A stretch of DNA of 64,000 nucleotides from Eledone cirrhosa (lineage: Eukaryota): the NCBI GenBank assembly GCA_964016885.1, contig OZ024741.1:273978001-274042000 (forward strand). Reading direction: 5' to 3'. Shown in pieces: positions 28,251-43,259 of the stretch. The position numbers and the translations under genes were made by a program. Under the pieces are notes generated by a model. The model made no database searches. It worked only from the letters and a program-made list of their open reading frames with translations, and had not been told where the DNA came from. Positions within the stretch are counted from its first letter, which is position 1. Every line of letters begins with the position of its first letter.

Positions 28251-28480
28251 ATAGTTTTCCAGACGGCATAGCTCCAAGGCCTCCAAAACCTGCACCAACA
28301 TCTATAGCACCTCTTTGTAGACGATATTGCGTGTCACCCCTTGAGGAGTGTAAGCAAAAAGTCTATTCCTGTTCCCTACGCGGGAATAGGCAACATAAAG
28401 TTGGCCATGGGAGAGCATGGCTCCCCCAAATGGATGCCCGCCACCGACAATGTTTGCCCTTGTGACTTGTTAATGGACAT
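28251..28480 (-). pseudogene. Helitron PIF1-helicase C-terminal fragment
   Basis: Near-identical inverse of 32522-32745 (MSINKSQGQTLSVAGIHLGEPC...), frameshifted. Confidence 0.9.
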
Positions 28481-29068
28481 ACGTCTGTAGCAAGCGACCA
28501 TAGTAACGGCAGTAACAATAGAAATAACACTAGTATAAGAAATAACACCGGGAATAACAACCCGAATGTCCAAAATCCTATAGCTACCACCCAGACTTCT
28601 GCACTGCATTATAACCAGCAGACTAACACACAGGATAATTGTAACTGTAGAGCTAATAGAACCTGCCCTTTAGACAAAAAATGCCTAACCAAGGATATCA
28701 TATACTCATGCACCGTCACAACGAGCAACTCTTCAGAAACCTATGTAGGCTCCACTTCTAACTGCTTCAAAATCAGATATAATTCGCACATCCACTCGTT
28801 CAAAAAGCACAGTCTAGCCAACTCCACCTCACTATCTAGCTACATACACTATTTAAAAACTAAAAATAAACCTTACACACTCAAATGGGAAGTGATAGGT
28901 AGCGCGACTTCGTACAAACCACCTAATATATTTTGTAACCTCTGTATACTAGAGACCCACAATATTATCTTCTCTAGCCGTAACCTACTTAACAAAAAAT
29001 CTGAAGTGTTTGCAACTTGCCAGCACCGCTTCAGACATTCCTTCCAAAACTTTAAGCCCAATATATAG
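28481..29068 (+). pseudogene. Penelope-like element GIY-YIG endonuclease, 5'-truncated open frame (no ATG, so absent from ORF track)
   Basis: Frame reads ...DNCNCRANRTCPLDKKCLTKDIIYSCTVTTSNSSETYVGSTSNCFKIRYNSHIHSF...LKWEVI...CNLCILE...LLNKKSEVFATCQHR...*. Confidence 0.9.
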
Positions 29069-30757
29069 CAATGTCGGGCTTGAACCAAACACCACCTCTA
29101 GCATCAAACACCAGGGGCACACCTTATACCGCATACCCAACACTAACTTATCTAATATAACACAAACAGCGACATCCCTCTAGAACCCTTCGCAGGGCGA
29201 ATACCCATTTGTACCTCTACTTTAGGTGTGACAACATCCACCCACTTGAACTGCACTACACCGCTCTATAGGTAATTTAAGCATGAATTGATTGTCTTGT
29301 TAGTGTTGTGCGGAGGAAGTGCCTTCGTTGGACAGATGAAAAACGAATTAATCTAGTAACGCTGTTGAGCAGTATGACCGGTACGCTGAGTGCAGGGAAT
29401 AGATGTATTACAACTGGCGTACGGGTTGTACATATATGGATGATTTGGTGGTCAGAGTGGGGTCATGAGGACTGCGGATTGACCTCTGGTCGGTCCTGGT
29501 GATGATTATCTTTCGACATCCAATGTAGCAAGCGATGACCCAGAACTTACCAGAGATCATTGTGTGTTGAAGTGATTCTGCAATCACCGCGCTTGTTCCT
29601 TTGAGTAGACTACAACCACAGAGATCATTAATTTAGAATCCTCGCTCGTCGTCTATAATATTCTTTTGTGGCACTCTACGATGGGGGTTAATTCACCATA
29701 ATAATACGAACACCTTCATCACAACTTAATAGACTACTCTATTGTTAAAACACTTTAAGCTTTAGAAATTTAGAAATTGCGCATAACCATAGAAGTTAGG
29801 GTCTATTTTGAGACACATTTCAATAGTAATAGAAACCTCGGAGTTACCTCCCCTCATGCATTAACTCCTCTTAGCCACACACACACTTCCGGGTAGTATT
29901 TCAATGTCGATTCTCGAAACGTAACATCCTCCTGTATTGAACTAAAGAACATCGGACTACGATCCTCTAACTGGATTGTCAAACGCTCAATATCGAATTG
30001 TCGTGGATTATGTGAGGGGCATATAATCTGAAAAATACACTCCCCAGACTATGAAAATGTCGAAGTACATGAAGTCCATATCATCCCTTCGCTGTGCATT
30101 TCCAATATTTTTAATATTTTTGATATTTTTGATGCTTGCACTATTTTTAATGCTTATATTATTTCTCCTATAACAATCATATAAAGAATTTGCCACCAGA
30201 TCAACCAACCTAACACTCTTGTTTACCTACTTAAGTGCTTCTACTACACGTAACTCTCTGCCACACTATATAAACAAGACGCACGTGCTTGCCACACATA
30301 TAACATTTGCACTATATAACCGCTATTTTCATGTTGTATTTTAACCTGTATTTTTGATTGTACCTTTTAATATGAATGTAATCTCTAAGTGTGTACTGCC
30401 ACTCTAAATGCTGTAATGAATGTTGACCCACAATGTTTGCATATGTATCTGTATGTCTCTTGGGTGAAAAGGAGGTCATATAAGTGTTCATTCATTAATA
30501 AATTGCTCCGAAGAATCCAAACCTCGGTTTGGAGGAAACAGTTGTAAGCATAAAAATGTTTTGAACAGTTCTTTGATTTTTATATTTCATATAACTGCTC
30601 TGTAAATCATCTGATGTTTTTACATAGAGCTACTTAACTTACTGGTAATAAGGTAGTAATATATTACTGCCTACCACTATTTAAGGTTTGTATAAAAATA
30701 TATATAACTGCAAAAGGTTTTTGTATTTACATAACCATAAATAGTATAATTAATACT
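28481..30757 (+). mobile_element. 5'-truncated Penelope-like retroelement with long 3' region and terminal hammerhead-like motif (30504-30550)
   Basis: GIY-YIG frame; UGCU-CCGAAGA-AUCCAAAC(CUCG)GUUUGGAG-GAAA-CAGUUG-UA-AGCA; ends in (TA)n. Confidence 0.7.
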
Positions 30758-31253
30758 ATATATATATATATATAGATAGATACACACACAAAAACACACA
30801 CACAGGCACACACACATATATATATATATTAGTTAAACTAATGGGATAATTAATTGGTTAAGTTGAATATTAATAAGACTGACTTGAATAATTAATTGAA
30901 CTAACATTATTAATTAATAGAAGTGATATCACTAATTTATTGAACTAATACGATTGTTGAAACTTTTGTGACGAATAGGTCTTCAGATATATTTTCCTTT
31001 ATATGTGTTAGTTATTAGTGTAGGCTGTGGCCATTTTAATTGATCATATCGATCCCAGTACTAATTATTTCAAGTCTGGTATATAATTTATCGATCTATC
31101 TTTTCGAACCTCTAAGTTACGGTATTAATTCAAATGAAATGCAAACATTGAAGCCGATACACAAACATTGTATATATATATATATATATATATACATGTG
31201 TGTGTGTTGTGTGTGTGTGTGTAATATATATGTATATATAAATATATATATAC

Positions 31254-31369
<116 letters not shown>

Positions 31370-31388
31370 GTATATTTGAGTTTATATA

Positions 31389-31995
31389 TCTATATATTAC
31401 TAAAACTCTGTGGTTACTTGCTTGCTTGTATGTAATGTAATACAGCCGAAAGGGCGCATAAGGGGAAAATACTTTGAAAGGGAGTTGACCCTGAAATGGG
31501 AATACAAATGGAATAAAACAAATTTCGCGTAAATCGGAGCATGGGTCCCCGAGATATGGGGTTTTTCCGGGTACTTTCATAAACAAAGAGAGAGAAAGAT
31601 AGAGAGGAAGAGATAGTGGTTGTGAGAGAATAGATTAAAAGAGAGGCATAGAGAATGGGAGAGGAGACAGAGAAGGAGAATGGAAGGGAGCTGGTGGTGT
31701 TGTTGTGTATATATATATGTATGTGAGTGTGTGTGTATATATATATATGCGTGTGTGTGTCTATGAATAGTGTATATTGATCACAGACACCCATATATAT
31801 ATATATATACACACACACATATATGTATATATATGTATACACACACACACACACACATTTATATATATACATACATACACATGTATATATGGGCCTCCCA
31901 GTTTCATTTCACATTATATACATGTCTGTGTATATTTTAACCATTCAAAAATTATTTTTAAGTTAATGTGATCCAACGGGTCACTGGTGGTCTAG
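31389..31995 (+). mobile_element. Non-autonomous Helitron-like element
   Basis: A|TCTATATATTACTAAAAC start; ...CAACGGGTCACTGGTGGTCTAG|T end. Confidence 0.55.
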
Positions 31996-32007
31996 TATAT
32001 ATATAAA

Positions 32008-32075
<68 letters not shown>

Positions 32076-32199
32076 AAAACGTTCAAGACGGCTATTTGTG
32101 AACTAAATTAGAATTTTTAGCGTGGTAATAAATAGCCCCTGAGTACTCTGGTGCGTTATGGTCCATCTGGTTCCTTACCACACTTCCTTCGTTATATAT

Positions 32200-33017
32200 A
32201 TATATATATATATATATAAAACTGAGGATGTGTGTGTTAAGGTTTGTATCCCTTGAGCCCCCAGGGCTTCCACCTCACATTCTTAAGCTTAGGGTTGGCT
32301 GTCACATTATGCTAATAAGGAACTTGCGTCCACCAAAACAGTGCAACGGTACTCGCATGGTCGTCAATTCACTGATGCCCCACTTTATTGAGGCCACCAT
32401 TGTAACGAGGTGCAGGAGAGTGGAGAATGTTTTCATTCCAAGGATGAACCTTTTCCCCTCGGCGTCAGATATCCCGTTCGATTTCCGGCGATCCCAATTC
32501 CCGGTAAGACCATGTTTTGCCATGTCCATTAACAAGTCACAAGGGCAAACATTGTCGGTGGCGGGCATCCATTTGGGGGAGCCATGCTTCTCCCATGGCC
32601 AACTTTATGTTGCCTATTCCCGCGTAGGGAACAGGAATAGACTTTTTGCTTACACTCCTCAAGGGGTGACACGCAATATCGTCTACAAAGAGGTGCTATA
32701 GATGTTGGTGCAGGTGTTGGAGCTATGCCGTGTGGAAAACTACTATTTCATGGTAGGATCACCCATGGCGGACAGATCTGACACCCAGCGGCATCAGGGC
32801 CACCATCTTGCAACTTTGGTCTGCTAAATTCGCTATTGGAAGATTATTAACCCATCATTGATTGTCCAAAATGCTAATTGGTTCGTAACTTTTAATAACC
32901 GGTTCAACTGCTTTATGCACTTAATTAATAAGCTTATTCGCTTTCAAACCACGTTTACCTGTATGTAACTTTTCATACCAAATAAACACACCCGAGCAAC
33001 GCCGGGCTAAACTACTA

Positions 33018-33018
<1 letters not shown>
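32200..33018 (+). mobile_element. Internally deleted Helitron
   Basis: 5'-end-like TATAAAACTGAGGATGTGTGTG fused to helicase 3' part; hairpin CCCGAGCAACGCCGGG plus CTAG|T at 33015-33019. Confidence 0.85.
32248..32701 (+). pseudogene. Helitron RepHel PIF1-like helicase C-terminal fragment
   Basis: SLEPPGLPPHILKLRVG..IMLIRNL...CNGTRM...FIPRM...FRRSQFPVRPCFAMSINKSQGQTL...FSHGQLYVAYSRV...TRNIVYKEVL*. Confidence 0.95.
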
Positions 33019-33086
<68 letters not shown>

Positions 33087-33089
<3 letters not shown>

Positions 33090-33454
33090 TCTCTCATCCA
33101 CGATTTCACAGAACTTATGTTCACCGATTTCAGGGACTTGACTCCTTCTTCCTCCCGTTTGACCTGTGCGAAGTTCTTTCCTTGCTCACATTTCGACCAG
33201 GTTTGATGGTCTTTATTCTCTCTTATCCACGATTTCACAGAACTTATATTCATCGATTTCAGGGACTTGACTCCTTCTTCCTCACTTTTCGTTGCATTAC
33301 CATCTTTGATTGTTTACAGTCTCGCTCGTTCCCCTTATTTACGTGTCCCAACGACTTTCTTTAGCCGTTGCTCGCACCAACCGGAGGTATATGGTCTTTA
33401 AAGCGATGAAATACCAATGAAGCTTGGAAGATCACTGATGAAGGACTAAATTTA

Positions 33455-33459
<5 letters not shown>
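33087..33459 (+). mobile_element. Partial copy of the 57862-59226 repeat family, in (TA)n
   Basis: Matches 58857-59226. Confidence 0.85.
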
Positions 33460-33492
<33 letters not shown>

Positions 33493-33498
33493 TATTTA

Positions 33499-33609
<111 letters not shown>

Positions 33610-33966
33610 TAAATGTATAAAATGGCGGGCTGTGTGGCTGCAATTATGTATAATGAAAATAAAAGTTACGGGCGAAAGAGGGTAATATCCATCGTCATTT
33701 TGTCTGCTAGGAATCATAGGTATTTATTCGCGTTAGAGACAATATACCTGAGCCTAGGTATAAATCATTGGGATAAAAAAGAAGGGGGTGGGGGAGAGAG
33801 AAAAACGAAATAGATACGAAAAGTGAAGCAACGTAAAGAGAGGAAATATATGCAGTCAACAACTCTTTTCGAACACAAGTTCTGGTAAGTTTTACGAGAG
33901 AACAAACACTTCTTCACTGTATCAGTGTGAGCGAGAAAAGAGGCTGCTTGCAGTGACGGACGAGGG

Positions 33967-34008
<42 letters not shown>

Positions 34009-34013
<5 letters not shown>

Positions 34014-34580
34014 ATTTCGTATTTCTAAAGAAATACGGTATGTTTATAAAAAAAAACATTTAGAAAGCCGTAGCTATGCAAAAACACCAGCGGCTTTCAC
34101 CACCTGGCCGTGTCCAGCAGTAGCATGGGGGACAATCGTCGATGCGTATTTCGAACTGAATGCTTCTCATTAGGACCATCCCTCCCTCTCTTGCAACTGC
34201 TGGACTTTCAAAACAGGCGAGAATATATAGTTTTCTCGTCTGTGTAACTGAGGTGATTAATCTCATTTGCATATGAATCTGTATAAGTTGGCTCAAGTTA
34301 TAATAGAATAGAATTAGGATTTAGCTTCGATCATAGCTGTATACAGATATGAATTGGATTTCGTATTTCTAAAGAAATACGGTATGTTTATAAAAAAAAA
34401 TATTTAGAAAGCCGTAGCTATGCAAAAACACCAGCGGCTATCACCACATGGCGGTGTCCAGCAGAAGCAGGCGGGACAATGGTCGATGCACATTTCGAAC
34501 TGAATGATTCACATCAGGACGATCCCTCCCTCTCTTGCAACTGATGAGACTCTGGGCTCGAGACAAACTTTAGACTTTGG
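34009..34580 (-). mobile_element. Retrozyme-like 1.5-mer: ~345-bp unit, ~190-bp direct repeats, each with a hammerhead (34138-34176, 34482-34520)
   Basis: 34009-34199 resembles 34354-34543; GUC-CUAAUGA..GAAA-UACGCA-UC-GAC and GUC-CUGAUGU..GAAA-UGUGCA-UC-GAC. Confidence 0.75.
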
Positions 34581-34628
34581 ATATACATATACATACATAC
34601 ACACATATATATATATATATACACACAC

Positions 34629-34718
<90 letters not shown>

Positions 34719-35035
34719 TCACACACACTAAAAGACAAAAGAAAAAAATGTATATCCTCTCTTAACAATTTTTAGCTATTTTCACAAACCCTGGAAACAT
34801 CTTGAACTCTTGGCACAATAGAACCCCACCAAAATGTACACACACACACACACACGCGCGCGCGCATACACACATACACACAAACACACAACGGAGCAAT
34901 AAAAGTGCCATATGTACCATTATTATGAATAGAAAAAGAATTTTCTAATTAAACCTAGAGAAATTTCTAGTGAATCAATTGAATCCTGATCTGTTGAAGC
35001 CCACTCCCACCATCAAACCCCCAACCTTCACAAAG

Positions 35036-35066
<31 letters not shown>

Positions 35067-35557
35067 CAAAGAAGGTTTGGTAAGATACCAGGTGGACCAT
35101 AACTCACCATAGTACTCGATATTTGCGGTAGTAGAGTGGGTAATATGAAAAGATTCAGGACCCCGACGGCTGAGCTCCGGCCGTTTCGACAGCTAGCTCC
35201 GAACTAAGCCACCAGTATTAGAACGGCGGGAATCTAGCCGAACTTATCAAGGAGTACAGTCCATATATGTATGGGCAGGTAGTCAAAGCAAAAAAAGCAA
35301 AGAATCTAAACAAAATATCTTAAAAGTTTGTTTGTTTTTCTTGCCTTTCACGGAGAGTGGTCGGTGATCTGGGGTGTCATGTATATAGTTTATTACCTTC
35401 ATTCGGCGGGGAGCTAAACAGGGCGAAATACATGTGGAGGGGGTAAGAAGGTGGACTGACCTGAGGAAGCAAAGCCAGTTAGGCGCGCCCTCACGGCATT
35501 AAGAGAGATTTTATCCTATACAAAATAGAAGAAATTTTGACGGAAAAATCACATATG

Positions 35558-36062
35558 ATCTCTCTCTTGTGACGCTAAACTCCGCCAGTTGTGGACTGCG
35601 CATTAACATGTGATATCTCTCTCCACAAAGCTTGATCACCAGCAACAGTGTTCAAAGAGCAAAGATCAAGTCCAGTCCATGAATTGACATTGTCAAGCCA
35701 TCGTTTTGGCTGCCGGCCTCTGCTTCTCTTACCAGCCAACCTTCCTTCCAGGCATAACCTACTCACACCACGAGTTGATCTTTTTATATTTATATGGTTG
35801 TACAGTTTGAGTACTCTTGACTTGACATTTGATGTAATTGGTCTAAGTCTGGTAATGTTAAGCAGCTCACTGATACAGATACGGTCGCTGAACAGCTAGC
35901 CAGTCATAAGTCACATGATGTGGTTCTGGAATGTAGAGAGCTTCTGAAGTGACCTTGTAGTCCAATTAACACAGTCAAGACCATATAGCACAACTGGTAG
36001 GATGTAAGTATCAAAGATCTTAGCCTTCAAGTGGTAGGAAAGTCGATCTAAATGTCCACAGA
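35558..36062 (-). mobile_element. RTE-like LINE 3' fragment
   Basis: LKAKIFDTYILPVVLYGLDC...; LEGRLAGKRSRGRQPKRWLDNVNSWTGL...LWREI; stops and frameshifts. Confidence 0.8.
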
Positions 36063-36517
36063 ATATGAGAACAAATTTTTAATACTTGATGAGATTGTTA
36101 TACCAATCGAAACTGGTAATATTTGACAAAAATTTAACCCATTTAATGTAACAATTTAAAAATTATTTTTTCAGTTAGATTAAAGAAAAAAAATCTTTCA
36201 ATATACCCTAAATTGCAGAGAGGGGATAAGACAACGAACGGAAATAAAACAAAAGGAAAAACAATTTTTCATTTAAGGGGAAACCTTAAAAATTTATTTT
36301 AAAAAATATAAACGAAGGACACAGAACTCCATGGTCATCGACCGGTGAGATGGACTTTGACTTTGGGACTTTCGACCCTTAACAACGGTACTCTGGTCCA
36401 TCCGGGGTTACAGTGTCTGACATAAGCCAAGCGTTGTTGAGTGGAGTAAGAGACGAGGGACAAAGCATTATTTTACAGCAATTAAACTACAAAACATAAA
36501 TCCATATATACATAGAT

Positions 36518-36578
<61 letters not shown>

Positions 36579-36635
36579 CACAGACACACCACACACACAC
36601 ACATATATATATATACACATATATATATATATATA

Positions 36636-36863
36636 TTGACTAAAGAAATTAAAGAAATTATTTAGCCTGATAGAACCCTCGGAGAAATTGAAAAGATGAG
36701 TATTGACATACATGTACGTCAATACTCATCTTTTTCCATTTCTCCGAGGGTTCTTAACCCCACTATCAGGCTAAATAATTTATTTAATTTCTTTAGTCAA
36801 AATACGGCGATAGCTTACATTTCTAATAATTTCAAACCCACTCGCTGTTTCGAAAATATTCTT
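36636..36863. mobile_element. Foldback element in (TA)n (related copy 26768-26880)
   Basis: 36636-36707 is the inverse of 36718-36800, with a small deletion. Confidence 0.7.
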
Positions 36864-36877
36864 ACATATATATACAC

Positions 36878-36908
<31 letters not shown>

Positions 36909-36911
36909 CAT

Positions 36912-36949
<38 letters not shown>

Positions 36950-36979
36950 TCTTTTACCTGTTCCAGCCATCCGGCTGAG

Positions 36980-38359
<1,380 letters not shown>

Positions 38360-38509
38360 TATATATACACATACATATGTGTGTGTATATATACATATAT
38401 GTATGCATATAGAGATACATATATATATATATATATATATGTATGTATATATATCGGTGCCCCAGCATGGCCTCAGCCGGATGACTAGAACAGGTAAAAG
38501 AGTAAAAGA

Positions 38510-38570
<61 letters not shown>

Positions 38571-38767
38571 GTATATATAGAGAGAGACATATATGTCTAC
38601 ATATGTACGTGTGTATAAATATTTGTGTTGATATGCAATCTTTATTGTTCAATATTGTTTTCCTGTCATATTTCAGAGATGACAGTCATGTGACTATAAT
38701 GGAAACTGATCCCTTATTAATGTTGTGTTGGATCTTCCTGAATCTAAGGTCTGTTAGGAATGTACTT

Positions 38768-39039
38768 GAGTGTGTGTGTGTATGTCTGGTAGTGTCTGTG
38801 TGTGTCTGTGTATGTATGAGAGCGTGAGTGTGTTTGTGTGTGCGTGTGAGTATGTGTGTGTCTGTGTATGTATGTGAGCGTGTGTGTGTGTGTCTGTGCG
38901 TGTATATGTGTGTGTGTATGTGTGTGTGTCATTTAGTGTCTGTGTGTGTCTGTGTGTGTATGAGAGCGTGAGTGTGTGTGCGTGTGAGTATGTGTGTGTC
39001 TGTATTTGTGTATGTATGTGAGCGTGTGTGTGTCTGTGC

Positions 39040-39071
<32 letters not shown>

Positions 39072-40166
39072 CTGTGTGAGTGTGTGTGTATATATATGTG
39101 TGTGTTTGAATGTGTATATACGTATGTATGTGAACGTGTGTGTGGCATGTGTGTCTGTGCGTGTATATGTATGTGTGTATGTGTGTGTGTCTGTTAGTGT
39201 CTGTGTGTGTCTGTGTATGTATGAGAGCGTGAGTGTGTGTGTGTATGTGCGTGTGAGTATGTGTGTGTCTGTGTTTGTGTATGTATGTGAGCGTGTGTTC
39301 GTGTGTGTGTCTGTGCGTGTATATGTGTGTGTGTATGTGTGTGTGTCTGTGTGAGTGTGTGTGTATATATATGTGTGTGTTTGAATGTGTATATACGTAT
39401 GTATGTGAACGTGTGTGTGGCATGTGTGTCTGTGCGTGTATATGTATGTGTGTATGTGTGTGTGTCTGTTAGTGTCTGTGTGTGTCTGTGTATGTATGAG
39501 AGCGTGAGTGTGTGTGTGTATGTGCGTGTGAGTATGTGTGTGTCTGTGTTTGTGTATGTATGTGAGCGTGTGTTCGTGTGTGTGTCTGTGCGTGTATATG
39601 TGTGTGCGTGTGTGTGAGTGTGTGTGTATATATATGTGTGTGTTTGAATGTGTATATACGTATGTATGTGAACGTGTGTGTGGCATGTGTATCTCTATGT
39701 GTGTGTGTGTATGCGTCTGTGTGTGTGCGTATGAGCGTGTGTGTGTGTGTCTGTTTGTGAGTGTGTGGCGTGTGTGTATGTGTGCGAGTGTGTGTAACGG
39801 AGAGTGCGTGTATGTGTTTGTGTGTGTGAGTGTCTGTATGTGCATGTGTGTATAAGGGAGAGTGTGTAAAGAAGTGCGTGTGTAAGGGAATGTGTGTGTG
39901 TGTATGTGTTTCTGTGCGTGAGTGTGAGTGTATGTGTGTGTGTGTATCTATGTATACGTGTGTGTGGATGAGGGAGTGTGTATGGGTGTCTGAATGTATA
40001 TATGTGTATGTGAGTATGAATATGTGCGAGTGTGGGCGTGTAATGTATTGTGTGTGTGTGTGAGAGAGTGTGGGCATGCGTACGTGTATGAGTGTCTGCA
40101 TGCGTGCTGACGTGGGCATGCGTGTGTGTGTGTGTGTATATATATATATGTATGTGTGTGTGTATT

Positions 40167-40198
<32 letters not shown>

Positions 40199-40246
40199 CG
40201 TGCGTGTGTCTACGTGTGTGTTTGTGTGTATATGAGTTGATGTGTG

Positions 40247-40283
<37 letters not shown>

Positions 40284-40348
40284 CTATATATATGTATGTG
40301 TGTTTGTATATATGTATATGTGTGTGTATATATATATGCATGTGTGTG

Positions 40349-40384
<36 letters not shown>
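38768..40384. repeat. Compound (GT)-rich satellite with ~275-bp higher-order repeat
   Basis: Marker TTTGAATGTGTATATACGTATGTATGTGAACG recurs near 39105, 39380 and 39643. Confidence 0.9.
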
Positions 40385-40678
40385 AAGTTTCCCCTTATAA
40401 TAGAGTGATTGTGTAAAACACCTTTAACTTAAAAACACTAGAAATTTCTCATAGTATTAAACAAACATTTTAGAATCAACAAAAGAAGACGTAAAGATAG
40501 AGGCGATGACCTTTCAGAGGTCACTTATGTTGACCTTTTAAATGTCACTAATATTTTGATCTTTCTCAAGATATGATCAGTTGCTATGGATACTGGCACA
40601 TTTGATATATGCAACTGAAATCTGTTCCCTATTTATACTCTCTCTCTCTTTCTGTATATAATATATATATATATATAA

Positions 40679-40860
40679 CTGTTTCTACTTTAGGCACAAG
40701 GCCAGCAAATACCCAGTTCATTACTGGTACTTTATTTAATCGACCCCGTAAGGATGAAAGGCAAAGTCAACCTCGGCGGGATTTGAACTCAGATCGTAAA
40801 GGGACGTAACTATGCTGGAAAGCATGGCGTCCGACCCTCTACCGATACTGCCAATCCACT
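40679..40860 (-). mobile_element. tRNA-derived SINE
   Basis: Family match. Confidence 0.9.
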
Positions 40861-40885
40861 CCTTCGTTATATATATATATATATA

Positions 40886-41075
40886 TAACGAAGGAGTGTG
40901 GTAAGGAACCAGATGGACCATAGCGTACCAGAGTACTCAATACTTAGGGTAGTAGAGTGGGTAATAGGAAAATGTTTAACCCCGACGGCAGAGCTCAAGC
41001 CGTCTCGACGGCTATTTCCAGAAATAGCCGTCGAGACGGCTTGAGCTCTGCCGTCGGGGTTAAACATTTTCCTAT
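40886..41075. mobile_element. Foldback element (perfect ~54-bp hairpin 40964-41075)
   Basis: ATAGGAAAATGTTTAACCCCGACGGCAGAGCTCAAGCCGTCTCGACGGCTATTTC followed by its inverse. Confidence 0.8.
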
Positions 41076-41639
41076 ATATATATATATATATACATAAAAC
41101 TCCTCTATCTCTCTCTCTCTCTCTCTGTTGCTCTCCGTATATTTATATATCCATCTCTTTCTCTCTCTCTTTCATTCTCTTTCACTCTCTTTCTTTCCCT
41201 CACTTCCTCACGATCTCTATCTATATTTCTCCCTCAACATCTCTTCCCCTCTCTCCCACTCTTCCTCTGTCTCTCTGTCTCTCTGTATGTCTGTCTGTCT
41301 CTCTCTATCTCTCTCACTCACTCTCTCTCTCACACCCTTTCGATCTCTATCTATAATCTTTCCCCGCCATTCTCTCTCGCTTTTTTAAACTTTGACCCCT
41401 AACATTTGTTGTTCAACTCTGCGGGGTTATATTCCCTACCATTCGGGTGGAGCACACACATGTCAACTGACACCAAGGTATCGTCTCCCCAGGGTGTTTC
41501 ATTACAATCTCCTAACATTCCAGCTTTCACAGGTGTTTTATCTTTAGACATTGCTCAAACAGGCGTAGACAGGGCTGGCTGTGTTGTGACGAACTAAGGG
41601 CTTACAGGTTCCGGTTTCTACCACATCGCTACACCTTCG

Positions 41640-41825
41640 AAATATATTGAATTTACTGCCCCGATACTATGGGCATGTGGTAAGAATGTCCTCGGAAAGA
41701 ATCGCTGGACAGATTTTACGGGCAAAACCTACCGACAGTAGACCCAGGCGTAGATCCCGAGCTAGGTAGACGGATAACATGCAGGAAGAAGAAGAAAATA
41801 AGAAAAAGAAAAAGAAGTAAAGAAA

Positions 41826-41856
<31 letters not shown>

Positions 41857-42049
41857 GAGAAAAAGAAAAAGAAAACGAAAGAGAAAATAAAAATAAAAAT
41901 AATAATAATAAGAAGAAAAAGATAAGAAAAAGAAAATAAAGAAAAAAAAGAAAAAGAAAAAGAAAAAGAAAAAGAAGACAAGCAAAAGAGAAAAAGGAAA
42001 AGAAAAAGAAAACGAAAAAGAAAAAGAAGACAAGCAAAAGAAAAAGAAA

Positions 42050-42080
<31 letters not shown>

Positions 42081-42180
42081 GAAAAAAAAAAGAAATAGGA
42101 AAAGGAAAGGAAAATAAAAAGAAAAAGAAAAAGAAAAAGGGAAAGGAAAGGAAAAGGAAAAGGAAAAGGAAAAAGAAGAT
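41640..42180 (+). mobile_element. LINE 3' end with expanded (GAA/GAAAAA)n tail
   Basis: RYYGHVVRMSSERIAGQILRAKPTDSRPRRRSRAR*TDN (RTE-type C-terminus) directly followed by A-rich repeat. Confidence 0.65.
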
Positions 42181-42319
42181 ATAATATATTTAATTGTGGT
42201 TTATATTTGTTAATGAATATAAACCACAATTAAATGACTAATTGTCCCCCGTTAGACAATAAATAATCATCTACAGACGGGAATTACACGTCTGTAAGCG
42301 AACCTATACTTGTTAAACC

Positions 42320-42730
42320 ACACACACACACACACACACACAGACACACAAACAGACACACAGACACACAGACACACACAGACAGAAACAGGCACACAGA
42401 CACACACTCAGACACACACACACACAGACACTCAAACAGACACACACACACAGACACACACACAAACAGACACACATAAACAGACACACACACACAAACA
42501 GACACACAAACAGACACACACAAACAGACACATATAAACAGACACACACACACAAACAGACACATATAAACAGACACACACACACAAACAGACACATATA
42601 AACAGACACACACACACAAACAGACACATATAAACAGACACACACACACAAACAGACACATATAAACAGACACACACACACAGACAGACACATATAAACA
42701 GACACACACACACACAGACAGACACACACT
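42320..42730. repeat. CA-derived minisatellite (~30-bp unit)
   Basis: AAACAGACACATATAAACAGACACACACACAC repeats. Confidence 0.9.
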
Positions 42731-43259
42731 CCACAAGATAAAAGGAAAAATCACAACTCCAAATTCACAACTCCGCCAAAAGTCATTTTATTTCTGTATT
42801 TCCCTTTTTTTTAAATCCTCTTTTACAAATGTACCCCCTCCCCAAAGAACCCCTTTTAATCATATTTATACCACATTTGTATTTTTATTTACTTCCCTTC
42901 TTTATTTTATTCTTGCTTTTATTACGAAACCCTAAAAATAATTATCAATATTGCAGATAGAATCAGAATAACTTGTCGCTATGGATAACGAACACAACCA
43001 CAAGGATATGGCCCGAACGTGGAAGAATCGAACTCCCACTGTCATCATCACCATCTCTCTCACCCTCCCCATCTCTCTGTATGGTGAGCAAATGGGGTCC
43101 CACGTGCTGGCCTCCCCACAGCCTCGGCGGACAGAATGGAGAAGGCATACTTGAAATGTATTCCCTAAATGATTGGTGTGTACTTGAAGGGGGCGGGGGG
43201 CAAAGGATGAGAAATAAAACAAGACAAAGTCATTCTTTTATCCCTTATATTTCAACATA

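Noticed and set aside
32228-32701. Host PIF1 gene
   Set aside because: Intronless fragment bounded by Helitron termini, with a second broken copy at 28251
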